A stretch of DNA of 63,583 bases, the filler included, from Phoronis australis (taxonomy: Eukaryota > Animalia > Phoronida): the NCBI GenBank assembly GCA_002633005.1. It is 8 parts of 8 records of this genome, joined end to end, with 100 filler letters (N's around TTAATTAATTAA, not from the genome) between each part and the next. Parts side by side here need not be neighbours in the genome. Positions count along the whole stretch, not along the records: positions 1 to 12,663 come from NMRA01001625.1; 7 more parts are not named here. One strand, 5' to 3'. Positions 1-12,763 of the stretch are shown here, piece after piece. A program made the position numbers and the translations under genes. Under the pieces are notes generated by a model. That model searched no databases. It was not told where the DNA came from and saw only the letters and a program-made list of their open reading frames with translations. Each line of letters opens with the position of its first letter. Position 1 is the stretch's first letter.

Positions 1-346
1 CATAAATGACCCGTTGCGGAATAAAAATTGGAAAATTCTATTATTTGCCTTCTTCAATGCTTTGGTGACGAACCGGTGCAACTTCCCGGGAACGTTTCGT
101 ACATAAACCCACTGCTCCTATATCCTATGTAATGCACAGCATTATTTGAAAGAAATATTTTTATGCGTTTCGCAAGCAGGACCAAACATCACCCCCACGA
201 TCTATTTCAGTTTCTATTTTTCTGGTATAAAAAGGCATCATTCACCTCGTTCAGAAAATTCAGTGTTTCTTTCAGGAAATCGGTATTATGAATTAAAGTT
301 TCTTGTATTTTCTGTTTTGTTATTCAAACAACTTACTCATTCTTAC

Positions 347-567
347 CGGACGAGCCTGCGAATATTTGTATATTTCAGCATTAAACAGTGCTTGGTTGAA
401 GCAACTTGGGGTTTTCCAGATGAACGAAACCCGTTCACCTGTTCCCAAAGTCTGCGTCAACATTCTCATTAGGGTGTTCCTCACAGTCGCACGTTCGGTA
501 AACGACCTATCACCGATGGATGTCGCGTCTACTGTCGATATTTTTAAAGTCATGCATTTTTCCAGAC
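347..567 (-). CDS. Candidate exon of unknown gene (possible next exon 117..1)
   Basis: Bounded by tttgttgcag and CCG|gtaaga, with a frame open over all 221 bp. A phase-compatible open frame runs from 117 to the window start. No recognisable domain. Confidence 0.3.
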
Positions 568-936
568 CTGCAACAAAGTAGATCTTTTTCGTGAGTCCTA
601 CTACTAGCACTATTTAGTACAAGTTGAAATAATAAACACGCAAAATGGAAAAAGCAAAGGGTCGAGGTCGAAAGACAGAAGTCAATGACAAGATAATTGT
701 GTTCTGTAGACACAAGAATCTCAGGAGTTTGTATTTATAGTACTGAAGCTAGTGTGGTCATCAATAGCCTTGTAACAAATCTGTATAATAAATATACATC
801 TTGCGCCGATGTGAGTAAAAAAACGACCATATAAAATATGACACAAAATTAGTGTCATTAAAAACTACTCACATATTTGAGTAAATAAAATTATTTTCTG
901 GTTTTTGAAAAATTGGCGTTCTGCCGTTATTCTGCT

Positions 937-1100
937 GCTAAAGTTGTGGAGCAGTCTCCTGCGTCGGCTTTCGGCGCCATGAAATATTGCGTCACCTATA
1001 GGCCAGTTTCTTTTTCGCCGATTCTTCAATCAACTGTTGTTCTTTCACGAGGTTTTGTACACATCACAACAAATCATCGGAACTGGTTTCACTTCATTAT
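937..1100 (+). repeat. Interspersed repeat, homologous to 31896-32061 (815-921 also matches ~29363-29470)
   Basis: Direct alignment by eye (GCGTCGGCTTTCGGCG.CATGA..TATTGCGTCACCTAT.GGCCAGTTTC). Confidence 0.75.
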
Positions 1101-1823
1101 AAGTTTTCAGAATTTTGATACCGAAAAACCGAATTTCAGAAGAAATTTTTTGCTGCCAAGCTATCATCATCTCCCGAGAGATGTCGCAAAAATTTAGGAA
1201 ATGACGCGTGCCCTTTGTTGAACATGCGATTATTGCGCGTGCTCACCAATGAGATAAATATAACTAGATGTATATAGCTCATTGGTGCTCACTTATAAGT
1301 ATTCTATTTTCACGTTCGATGACGTCAGCTGCTTAGTGGTGCACTGGTATAGACTGTATTCACGCGGCGGACATTAAAATCCAAAGCGAGGCTCACTGCG
1401 ATAAACAAAGCGAAAGTAGACATTGCGTGAGTTAAATAGCTGGTCTTTCGAGTCCAACCTGGATATTGAATTTTAATGATGTGTCGACAATTAACCACAG
1501 AGACGTAGAAAATTACATTAGAGAACAAGTTAAGACGCCAAAGAGTTGTCTGACGAAAGGGTTAATTTTTTTCGGAAAACTAGGTTCGAAACATGAAAAG
1601 TAAATATGACCAAATTGCGGTGATCGTAGTGTTACGGATTAGGTACTATGCTGAATGCAGGCCGTTACGTTTTTTCTTGTAAATTGTTGATCAAAATACT
1701 TTCTACGCGGACCAGGTCATCTGCTCGTATTGTTGACGAGTTGCAGACATATTCGACAGTGGTGGCTGTCATGTGCAATTAGTCACATCTGGTTTAATTT
1801 GTTGATCAAGAATATTAACATCA

Positions 1824-2549
1824 NNNNNNNNNNNNNNNNNNNNNNNNNNNNNNNNNNNNNNNNNNNNNNNNNNNNNNNNNNNNNNNNNNNNNNNNNNNNN
1901 NNNNNNNNNNNNNNNNNNNNNNNNNNNNNNNNNNNNNNNNNNNNNNNNNNNNNNNNNNNNNNNNNNNNNNNNNNNNNNNNNNNNNNNNNNNNNNNNNNNN
2001 NNNNNNNNNNNNNNNNNNNNNNNNNNNNNNNNNNNNNNNNNNNNNNNNNNNNNNNNNNNNNNNNNNNNNNNNNNNNNNNNNNNNNNNNNNNNNNNNNNNN
2101 NNNNNNNNNNNNNNNNNNNNNNNNNNNNNNNNNNNNNNNNNNNNNNNNNNNNNNNNNNNNNNNNNNNNNNNNNNNNNNNNNNNNNNNNNNNNNNNNNNNN
2201 NNNNNNNNNNNNNNNNNNNNNNNNNNNNNNNNNNNNNNNNNNNNNNNNNNNNNNNNNNNNNNNNNNNNNNNNNNNNNNNNNNNNNNNNNNNNNNNNNNNN
2301 NNNNNNNNNNNNNNNNNNNNNNNNNNNNNNNNNNNNNNNNNNNNNNNNNNNNNNNNNNNNNNNNNNNNNNNNNNNNNNNNNNNNNNNNNNNNNNNNNNNN
2401 NNNNNNNNNNNNNNNNNNNNNNNNNNNNNNNNNNNNNNNNNNNNNNNNNNNNNNNNNNNNNNNNNNNNNNNNNNNNNNNNNNNNNNNNNNNNNNNNNNNN
2501 NNNNNNNNNNNNNNNNNNNNNNNNNNNNNNNNNNNNNNNNNNNNNNNNN
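1824..2549. other. Scaffold gap (726 N)
   Basis: Run of N without a linker motif. Confidence 0.99.
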
Positions 2550-2929
2550 AGGAATAAGCAGCATTTCGGCAGATGCGCGCGCCCAGCCTAAAATCTGCGG
2601 ATGCAGGAGTCTTGAATTCTTGGGTTTGCGGACCTGTTGACTAAAAAAAAACGGTAAACAGGGTTCATTCAGCGCCTATGCGTTGTATATTCACCCCCCA
2701 AGACCCCGGCCTGGTTGCGCATGTGTGCTAGTCAGCAAGGCGCACCCGAACTCAAAAATAGGATCTGATACAATTTTCGTGGGGGCCATGCCCCCTCCCC
2801 CCTAAATCCGTAGTCATGAAAATACAGCTTGGCTGGCCCATTCTCCGGTCGTTACTATGATGCTTGACAACTGACCAAGATGCCACAAAATATGATCTAA
2901 CTTTTCGAAAACATTTATTTTGCACGGAC

Positions 2930-3147
2930 ATATTTTGCTTCGTCGCGGCGTATGGCAACGACCCAACGCTTCCGAATCTCAACGTCTTTAGAGATTGTAA
3001 AGCAGACAGTTGCATGTCCGTATTTTTTTTAGCCGTTCGCGGAACAACACGGACTGAAACACAGACTCCTAAGCCGATAAGCTAACAGAGCTATCGTAGC
3101 GAGCCTCGTTTTGGAACGCGCCTCCTGTCGGCGTGAATAGGGTCTAT
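2930..3147 (-). mobile_element. THAP-domain remnant near a DNA transposon end
   Basis: Minus frame reads ...CFTISKDVEIRKRWVVAIRRDEAKY, fitting the THAP pattern FPKD..LRKKWI.AIRRD; it is interrupted by a stop. A GGGTCTAT end-like motif lies at about 3140. Confidence 0.5.
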
Positions 3148-3395
3148 GTCGACGACTCAAATAGAAAATCTTGCAGAGCGGGTTCGAAACAGGCCTCGGT
3201 TTCCCGCCAAAATGTTATCTAACGCCGTGTAATAACTAAATGGGTTATTACACGGTTATATTGGCCATTCGAGGCTAATATTGTGGTATAAATATAGATG
3301 ATTAGATGGCGAAGTCGTTATCCCCCGTATTCTAGAGCCCGAGTGGATTTTGGAGAATTATCGAAATCTTGGTTTTTAGCGAAGTCCCAGGGTTA

Positions 3396-3834
3396 CTGTG
3401 CCCGTTTGCATGAAACAGTCTCAAATAGGGACTCGACTAAGTTCTCTAAATCTACTGCGTATTTTTGGACTTGTAAAACACCAATTGTCCTTTCTTGTAT
3501 TGTTTTAGTTTCATTGCTAAGTCAAGTTTTCACTTTGATACAAATCGAGAGGGAACTCTACGCTGAATTGTCAATATTATCGGAAATAATTAGGGGTCTT
3601 TTCATGCAACACCCCCAATTTAAGGACTGAGTCCCTATTTATTTTCAATGACCTCTGTGCTCAGTTTTTAGTAATAGTGTTAAAAAATGTCATTAATGAA
3701 AGAGGCGCTCATAATAAATATGAAATGATAGACAAATATTGCATCTGTGAGGCCATTAAGACACAAATACACAGAAAGATATAGGGACCTTAGTTGAGTC
3801 CTTATTTGGGACTGTTTCATGCAACCGGCCACTG
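3396..3834. mobile_element. MITE family A copy 1 (~440 bp, ~45-bp TIRs)
   Basis: TIR consensus CAGTGGCCGGTTGCATGAAACAGTCCCAAATAGGGACTCAACTAAG at both ends; homologous to 23652-24095 and 36343-36783 in opposite orientation. Confidence 0.85.
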
Positions 3835-5703
3835 AACTCTACCGTTCAGGCCTTTGTAAGTCCCGTGAAAGAAAAGGGGGCGGGTCGGGTTTGACAGCAG
3901 CCGTTTTGTGAACTACATAAATGGGAAGGGATTACCACGAATGGTATTCAGTTGTTCCTTTGAAGTTGTTTTTTTTTTGAGTAAATTTAATCCAGAAATT
4001 TGGCCTCTGCTCTTGTCTACGACGGATACCGATGTGCCGTTATTTTCAGAGCACATCCTTGTTGAGCCCTTCAAGTTGGCGCGAATCCAGGGTGGAGCTC
4101 AGAACACTAGAACATCGCCGAAAGCAAGACTTCGTGATATTAGATGAGATATTGCCGTGTACTTTAAATGAGGTCACGTGATTTTGGCTATATTTTGCGA
4201 AGTCCTGCCATTAGTGAGAAATTGCCAAAAATCTGGTTGGTAATGACATATTTTAACTTCACGAATTTTCTGTAATCTAGAATGAATTAAAGAACATCCC
4301 GATTGTGGTCTCCTTTCTTGCACCGGGGCCGCCTTGAATTTGTGATTTTAGGTAAAAATGGCTAAAATCGCACTTTTTGGTCATCTTAATGTGGCATCTC
4401 CTTTTTACCGGTGGACGTAGCAAACAAGACATGACTTTATTGAATTCCTTCAACTTTGAGAAACCCCATGGAGAGCAGGCCTACTTTCTGTCAGTTATGC
4501 TTTTTTCAGGTTATAGGATTCAAACAAAGGCTTTCTTAACCTAGACCAGCGATAACGCCTAAGTCAGCCACTCGAACTGTGGTCTTGGTTCTCATATCAG
4601 ATGAGAAAGCGGAAAATTTGATAAAAAGCTGTTCTTTTTTGGTTTAAAAGCAATACCGGCACTTTTGAAACAATCCGTGCTGGACGATTTAAACGAATTT
4701 AGGTGCCACGAATCTTCATGCACAGAAACAACCTTGCCGACTAATCGCTGTGTTGCTAGGGTAGGCTCTCGAGGATTCTCTCACATTTTTACGAATTCTG
4801 GCGAAGCTAGGTCAAGGAAGCGCTCTGCGCGGGTAGAGCTCGCAAGAACTTCGCCGAGGTAGCTAGCTAGGGCAATAACGTTATGTACATGGGGACATCT
4901 CACAATCTTGCGTTCTCGCCTCCACAGAACGCACGCCTCGCGTGTTCAACCCGTAACTTGAGGGCTGCGTACGAGTCAGTGCGACTCCAAAAACCACCGC
5001 AACGAAAAAATAAGACACTTAGTGCTTCGCAAGTCCAGAGGCGAAGTTCAAATCCCCCTCGGGACAAGATCAAAAATAAAAAAATTCAATGAAAACAAAA
5101 TCAGCTACTTAAACCAAAAAATCTTCCCTCCGCTCCGGCGGCGCTACGCACCTCCAATTCGAGCGTATCCTAAACCCCGCCCCTTTAATGAAAACCTAGA
5201 TCTGCCACTTTAGTCAGCATACACTTCTTTACCAAAATTTATATGCAGTTGCCACATTTTGCTTTTTTCACCACTTCTTTAGCAATATCCACTTTTAAGG
5301 AGGTCCACTTATTGGATCACGTCTTCAAAAATGACACGTAGAAAAGGTCTCGTTTTTGGGGTCCCAGGTATGCTGCCTTAAGAACTTTTCCAAAATCCCT
5401 TGTAACACGGGTACTCACGGACATATTGAACGCCCAAAAGAGTGTAGTACCCTGTTGTCAGAGCAACCGCACAGAGGAATCTTACGGCAGTGGTGAGAGC
5501 AATATCGTAGTATACTGTAACAACTGAAATTCCATTTTTAATTACTTAATTCATTCTGTAAAATGAAAGAAAACAACACAATCGAACATTATTACTTTTA
5601 TTTTGCGTGAAGATTTCACGATGAAAAAGATGAATGAAAACTGTACAAGAAAACACAATGAACATTGAACATGGCAGAAAACTGATCGTAATAAAAATAA
5701 CCC

Positions 5704-5709
5704 TTTATT
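5704..5709 (-). promoter_or_regulatory. Candidate poly(A) signal for NIPBL 3'UTR
   Basis: AATAAA on the minus strand about 1.1 kb after the stop, in AT-rich unique sequence. Other AATAAA hexamers occur nearby. Confidence 0.35.
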
Positions 5710-6814
5710 TACATTTAGAACCAACAGAGGCCGCACTCGTTCGTATAATGTTATAGCTACTTTGATGAGTGGCAGATTTCAATACAAACATCACATTTGT
5801 TCATAAAATTTCACTAGTCCTCATTAGAAGACTTCCCATAAAATACAGAATGGATAAATAATTTAAGTAACTACCACTTTTTCACATCTCATCGTACTTA
5901 AGACAACATACACTCCACATATTCAGTATATCCTTTAAAGCTACTTCAAGTTTACTGATAGAGAATATTATTTCGCCTTAACCTCAAAGTACAGGTATGT
6001 TTAAAAGTGCAATAATTAAAAACTGTCTGGTAAAATTATTAGCGGTGAAAAAAAAAGGATATCAGCTAGGGAAAACTCAAAAAGATCTCCCCACGACAGA
6101 ATTGCACTAAAACACAAGTTCTAGGATAGGGCCAAAAATAGCATTGACCTTTTACAACCCAAATCTGAATTCTGCACGAATACGTCTGAACTCACCGATT
6201 TTAGAGCAACATCAGACCAATAAGCAGTAAAGGAAACCCAACTTATTTCAGAAAAACCACGATCTTTCGAAAGACAAATGTGTCCACATTTTTGATTTCA
6301 GCTTATTAGTAACCATTTCAGTCAGTAAACACAAACTATGAGAAATAAAAGTGTGTTTTCTTATTTCCCATAATAGACACTAAATGCAACCACTGTTAAT
6401 CACTATGTTTATTTAACAATAAACAGAACTGTTCAAGAAGTCCCTAAAAATATGCACGTCAAGGTATACTCTTCAGGCTCAACATTCAAACCATGATAAT
6501 TTAGACTAGGCTGCCAGGGTCAAATTTATCTTCTCTCTAGTTAAAGATCACAAAACTAAGCTGAAAATAGTCACAAATGGACGAGCAAAATCTCTTATAA
6601 AAACAAAATCTTGTGGCATCATGGAAGCCTTCTCTGAAAGGTCAGTAAATATTGAGACCCTCTATACCTCGCTGTGTCACATGGGCACGTCACGTGAGCT
6701 TGAATCAACTTCTACTATAACCACACTGATCTTGAAACAATTTGCCTCAATTGGCAAACTGTTTACGAAAGCCATTTAAAACTGGCTTATTCAAAAACTA
6801 TTAAAAATAAAAAA

Positions 6815-6997
6815 CTATAACGCAAAATCATCGTCACTGTCGTCAAAAGATTCTTCATCTTCTTCACTGGACGAGATGTACTTCTTCTTCTTTTTCTTAG
6901 ATTTCTTCTTCTTTTCTTTCCTACTAGTGGAGTGGCTACGTTTCTCCTTCGCTTCCTTCACCTTAGCCAATGGAATGACGATCTTCAACTCTCTCAG
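6815..6997 (-). CDS. NIPBL: NIPBL probable terminal coding exon (Lys-rich plus acidic tail)
   Basis: Acceptor ttcttgttctcaacag, phase 0, 60 codons then TAG: LRELKIVIPLAKVKEAKEKRSHSTSRKEKKKKSKKKKKKYISSSEEDEESFDDSDDDFAL*. The link to NIPBL is inferred from phase, strand and position, not homology. Confidence 0.75.
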   Translation of the reverse strand: MRELKIVIPLAKVKEAKEKRSHSTSRKEKKKKSKKKKKKYISSSEEDEESFDDSDDDFAL

Positions 6998-9148
6998 CTG
7001 TTGAGAACAAGAAAATATAGTGTTACAGCTGAACTTATTTAATTGTAACTAGGTAAAAAATGTGGACGAAATTTTAACACAAGGAAGACGCGGTGTTTTG
7101 AATGTTGTACACAAAAGAGCACTAAGAAAGAGAGACGTAAAGGCCAAGAACTACTTAAAGGGGTCCCAGATTTTGAGTGGAGAAGACTGGTTCTCACAAT
7201 GCAGGACCCCTGTAACTATTACCGTTATGCACAAAGAACTGTCAATGCCATGTCACTGTCAGTATGTCAATAGTTCAAAAGCAGAACATAGTCAACCTTT
7301 TGCACTTGAGTAGATAAATGCTAATGGTCAAATCAAATACCAATTAGGAGAAAAATTGATCACGAACCAATTTTCTAGCTCGGCTTTTATTATATATCAA
7401 AAAAGCATAAAAATGTTTCCAGGTGATAAGTGCGATGGGCCCACCTGACTGGCCACCAGACTGTTTGTTTTTTTAACCTTAAGAGCAAAAACAAAACATC
7501 TGGCATGTACATTGTTTAAATACTGACCAGGGACTTACTCCTTTACAAGAACCACCAGATTCTTTTCTGCATATGATGTGACGAAAACTGACATTATCAG
7601 TTCATCTCTTTCAAGTGTTTTCAACATACATGCTTATTATCAAACATTTCGAGACAGTTGATGACATCACCAACAAAAAGAATAGCGTTCAGGATGAACA
7701 GCAAATGTTCTTCCAGCAACTGTCAGTGTGTTTTACCAACAAAAACAAAACAAGAACGGAAACAACAATTATTAACAGGAAAATGGAAAAATTTTAACCT
7801 CAACTTCATCCGTTCACCTCTATTTACGTAAGATCGTAAAAATAACAGACTCGACAAATTCCATTCTGTACCAATCAAAAACTATCCGTCCAAACAGCAC
7901 TTTGGACTGGACACGTGACAGACGAATTTGAACACTCACTATCTCTGTACCGATGAAGTTAACTCGTGACGAGAACTAACATAATCTAGAACAAAACTGG
8001 AAAACAACGCTGGAGGCAAAGACGCCCTAACAAGACAGACCACAACAGGCACTTCTGTTACTCCTCTTTACCGACTCTGGCCCGTTTTGTCTTAGATATT
8101 TTATTGGCAGTTTTGAATATTTTTTTGTCGGACTTGCTGGATGACCGTGTTACTCTCCGAGGCTAGAGAAGAAGGTGAACACCTCTGATAGTTATCCGTC
8201 AAATTACGACATCGAAAAAGTTGCAAAATATTTCGTTTAGTAAACTTTGGTAACAATACTTTCTGCAAACATGTAGTGACATAAATTTGACAGCCTTCGT
8301 TTAATTCAAGAAAGCGAAAATAAAATCTTGTAACTGGAGTTAAATCCATGAAGCGATCAGACAGTTACTTTACGGATCAAACTCCAATCACAAGATTTTT
8401 TTTTCGCCTCCTTAAATGCAAATTATTCAAGATCGTGCGCAATGTCAAATTTTAAACACTACACATTTCATTTTAAGTGTTACTTGTACTTAAATGATAG
8501 CAATTTTCTTAATTTAATTTTGAATCAACAATGCTCTTCTGTTCTACCATAAAATTCACTTGACAAACTGAACCGTTTTAAATCAATAAATGTACTGCAG
8601 TTGCAACTAATTAGACCAATCAAACTGAACTTAGCATTGGGTTTAAAATTTTCAACTATTGGAAGGGCTTGCCAACCCCATTCTTTGCCGAAGTGACACG
8701 AAACCCAATTACAGCAAGGAGCACTTTAAGGCCAATTTTGTAGGTACAAATGACCTACATTGCATTTAGTTCTTTTGGACAGCTAAACAGAAGAAAATAT
8801 AGTTCTAAGTTGGCTGATCACAGAAAACAGCTGTAAGTGAGAGCAACTGTCTACAAGGCAACAGAATCACACCAAATCACATGACCGTATTGGACACTGC
8901 GCCGACACATTCAGGAGGGCTGCATAATACTCCGAAAGTTATCCGCTACGCTGATTTGACTAACCTTCAACAGTACATGCTAAAACAACAAAAGAAAATG
9001 ACACTGGCCGAAACCGTAACTCCCCCCGTCGGGGCAGACGAAAGCAAAAGTAATTCAAGAGAGCAGCAGGGTGGGTCCTTCTAGCCCACTATTTTCAGCG
9101 GCGATTACATAATAAGACGATAATCAAAAGCAGGAATTCTCTACTCAC

Positions 9149-9376
9149 CGGAACCTGCGGTTCAGCAGCAGTATTGGACGGACCCGGCTGTTCTTCATCC
9201 TCCTCTGACTCATCAGTGTCAGCAGCGCCATCTGGTGCCTCGTTGGCGCTCTCCTCGTCCGTCGCGTCATGTGTAGGCGGAGCCAGTTTGGTGCGGATCA
9301 CGATAGGCGTGACGCGTCCCGTCGACTCATCCTCACTCGACTCCGCCGGATCAATGCTCAGGATGAGCTCCTTGAA
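9149..9376 (-). CDS. NIPBL: NIPBL exon (end of conserved region plus acidic linker)
   Basis: Bounded by ttgccag and CCG|gtgagt; 228 bp, phase 0-0. FKELILSIDPAESSEDE matches recalled NIPBL FKLLMEHLDPDEEEEE, then an acidic low-complexity stretch follows. Confidence 0.92.
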
Positions 9377-10425
9377 CTGGCAAGGGAGATAATTACATAA
9401 TTGGTGAATGACAAGGAGACAATGAGAAACTGGCTATCGACAAGTCACAATTATTTATGCTAAAAAGTTAACATTTTGCACAAATGACACATAACATTTA
9501 CCAGAAAAAGTATTGAACACGGAATTAGTTAACATCTAGCAAGGGTTCTGTTACACCAGAGCTGCATAGTTCATACAGGACCTTTGTAAAAATTCATAAG
9601 GATCATACGAGTGTTGTGAATACAGAGTAATTTACGAAAAAAACTTTTTACTGAACTTTCATAGAAGTGAGCGAAAAGTCAATTTGACACAATTTTAGCA
9701 ACACATGCCAGATCACAAAGTAACCACGTTGGGTTCACAAGACTGGTCACTGCTTGTGTGCTTTCACATGTTTCAGGTAATGAGATCTAACTTCAGTGCG
9801 ATCCATGCCTCCAGAATTTACACACAAATCTTTTGCTAAACTATTTATCAATGCAATGCATTTTGATGCTCATTTCAATCCTTTAATGTTGCATGATTGT
9901 CTCATAGTTGAACTCGCACCAAAAAGTATGTTGCAGTGGACCTCTACATCCAACCGTGCAGTGAAATGACAAGTGTTGTTTTCAGTGATGTTTAGATGTC
10001 ATCAAATTATCGCTGATGTCACATGATATTCATGTTTTGGGATGCAACCCTTTGTTAAGTTTTCTTGTTTTAATACAGCGAGTAGGCCTTCACAATTACA
10101 CATACAAGTTTCATTGCCGCCAACATATACTAACTACACATATTAACAAAACCAAGGATTGAAAGGAGTTCATTGGTTGTAGCTAAGGAAAAATTCACCA
10201 CCACTAATTAGATTGTCTACAGTTTTGAACTTCGACTTGATCAATTACACAGGGCAAAATACAAGAAATGTAGGACCTCACCGCCATGTCTGTATCTATC
10301 TAAATATCCACAAAGCTGTAGAAAAAACTATGTGAAGCATACATTTTTAGACACCAGAAAGTATGCAGACTTGGATAATCAACTTTGTATCAATCTGTCA
10401 TAACTTGGGTCAAATGACAATTTAG

Positions 10426-10512
10426 CAAAAAAGGTACATTCATACCAAAAAAGGTACATTCATACCAAAAAAGGTACATTCATACCAAAAAAGTTACATT
10501 CATACCAAAAAA
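10426..10512. repeat. 20-bp minisatellite (CAAAAAAGGTACATTCATAC, ~4.3 copies) in a NIPBL intron
   Basis: Near-perfect tandem copies read directly. Confidence 0.95.
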
Positions 10513-10829
10513 AGAAACAGTATCAGTATCAGTCAGATACCATTCATATAAATGTCTAAGATGAAAGCTCAAAGATATTGTTGCAGTTTCGGATTTTGTT
10601 TCATGCAACTTATGACTTTTAATCATGAAAATCATAAAAGTCTTATTTTGACAGCATCTCATGCAAAAGAGGAATATTTCAAAAACAACGCTTTGGAAAA
10701 CATAGCATAAAGCATAGTATGCCAGAAATTCACGTGCATCTGACCAGCCATCTCTGAGATACGACGTTCTGAAGTTGTCCAAACTTTATAATTTTTCTGG
10801 CGTCCACGTAACTTAAGAATATGACTCAC

Positions 10830-11004
10830 GTCGAAGTAACACTGAAGGAGTTCTACACGCGCCTTTGTGTCCAGAGTTTCCGGGGGCGAGCCACTCCGTA
10901 GACACTCGAGCGCCTCCTTTGGGTGGAACTTGGGCTCGGTCTTCCGGCTCAGAGGTTTCTCCCACACTTTGGCGGCCTCTGTTGGTGAGTACTGATGAAG
11001 CTTG
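10830..11004 (-). CDS. NIPBL: NIPBL exon
   Basis: Bounded by ttacag and |gtgagt; phase fits the previous exon (AG|C = Ser). Encodes SKLHQYSPTEAAKVWEKPLSRKTEPKFHPKEALECLRSG...LLQCYFD, versus recalled NIPBL SKIQKYSPSESAKVYDKAINRKTGVHFHPKQTLDFLRS...KQYLD. Confidence 0.95.
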
Positions 11005-11842
11005 CTGTAAAGGTTAAGAAAGCTCGTATTTCATAAAGGGACTGCAGAACGGTGATTAGAATGTGCAAGGCAGCACTATGGAGAAGGGAATAATGCATGT
11101 CATCAATTCATTCAGTAGGTGTCAGTAAACATGGGCGGGGTTTACTGTAAAAGTCAAGAGAGTTTGTTCCATCATGGGGACTGTCAGAGGAAACGTTGAT
11201 TACCATCCTTGAAGGGACGGTTATCCCAGACATTTATTCCGCTTAATGCAGCTTTTCGTAATTTTGATTAATTATTCATTCTCTATTCCAGAAGTGACGT
11301 TTTGGGAGGCAAGAACTTTGCTTTTGTTTACGAGTCAGTCAACATGCCACACAAATGCTGCGGGATGTATTCTGTGTACTTAGAAAAAAATCTACAAAAC
11401 TGTAGATTTAACTCGATAAAACTATATTTTCTGTAGAATTTGATCTGTGACATTATAGCAATAAACCATGTCTTTTTAGTAAAATTAAGCAAAAATGAAA
11501 GGTATACTCTAATCAAAGCAAAACAACTTCAATCACAGACCAAAATTCATTTGATATTAACAGAATAATCTCAAAAAACATTACCAGTTCTCAAAATTTT
11601 CATTTGTTTTCATTTGAGGCCGCATTTGACTTTTTCACAAAAATTATTTTTGATAGTCCCTCATGCAAATCACACTCAGTGAATAAATGTAAGCCCATCA
11701 GCAACAGGGGGCGCTGGCTGTGCGCAGCCTTTGCTTTTCAGAAGTATGGGTACTGTAATATCAAAAACTAATTAGAACTCCTAGCAAATGGCTATGTTGT
11801 GAGAAGCCAAAAGCATAGGTCAAAGGTCAATAGTCCACCCAC

Positions 11843-11957
11843 CTGTCAGTAAAGCCAAACATCTCCTTGAGATGTTGCTTGACCTTCAGCAGCAGGACAC
11901 AACCTTGAGATGTCAGCATGATCCGCTGAAGGACACTAGTGTCATCAGGCAGGCAGT
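11843..11957 (-). CDS. NIPBL: NIPBL/Nipped-B (Scc2) internal exon; upstream exons are not in this contig
   Basis: Bounded by ttcaatccag and AG|gtgggt. Encodes CLPDDTSVLQRIMLTSQGCVLLLKVKQHLKEMFGFTD, matching the recalled NIPBL C-terminal segment SQGILLLLMLKQHLKNLCGFSD. Confidence 0.93.
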
Positions 11958-12663
11958 CTGGATTGAAATAACACAACAACATGAATACGTAACACAAAAT
12001 CAGATCTGTTAGGTTCAGAAAATACACGGTTCTCTCACACCAAGGCGATTCTCAATAGGAAGTTAAAAACAGAACTGCGAAGGAACCGACTAAGCACCGT
12101 GCAGTCCCAGTAAAAATCTCGCAGACAGAGTTGCTTTTGAGGCATGTTTTTGGCCAAAGTTTTCTCATTTCTGCCTATCACAAGCCCATTTCTGAGAAAG
12201 GGTTTAGTTGATTGCTACACTTCCGAAATTCCATTGCTCATCAACAACTCCAATACACACCAAAAGTATTCAGACAAAATTACCCAGAATTACCCGTTAT
12301 GATGGCTAGGTGGAAGCCCAATTCCTCAGAGTAGTCTTCCCACAAGACCGAGAATGACAGGGAATTAACAAGAAAGTTAGCAAGGTGCATAAGGCATTCT
12401 ATGATCAGAATTTTGCGCCTAGGTGGTAATTGCCAGCCACTTTTTTGCTGTTGACAGAATTAGGCATCATGACAGGGAAATAATAAAAAAAATAATTGCA
12501 GGCGGTCTGATACATGTTGTACCAGACGTGCACAGGCCTCGCATGTGGGCCCATTGCACTGATCACCTGGAAATATTTTTATGCTTCATCAATATATGGT
12601 TAAAACTGAGCTGAGGAGCTAGAAACCTGGCTCAAGGGTTTAGCAGTGTGACATGGTGGAACT

Positions 12664-12763
12664 NNNNNNNNNNNNNNNNNNNNNNNNNNNNNNNNNNNNN
12701 NNNNNNNTTAATTAATTAANNNNNNNNNNNNNNNNNNNNNNNNNNNNNNNNNNNNNNNNNNNN
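12664..12763. other. Artificial contig linker N44-TTAATTAATTAA-N44 (also 15013-15112, 24262-24361, 44736-44835, 47142-47241, 50482-50581, 58362-58461)
   Basis: Seven identical 100-bp spacers whose 12-mer places stops in all six frames. Confidence 0.98.

Noticed and set aside
1730-2564. The two longest ORFs in the track (275 and 247 aa)
   Set aside because: They are translations of the N gap.
3298-3630. Similar ORFs at 3298, 36108, 36617 and 36711 suggesting a gene family
   Set aside because: They are translations of MITE family A TIRs.
9290-9312. TPIVIRT in NIPBL as a calcineurin PxIxIT site
   Set aside because: Register does not fit PxIxIT.
12708-12719. Recurrent TTAATTAATTAA as a biological motif
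   Set aside because: Always centred in identical N runs, so it is an assembly linker.
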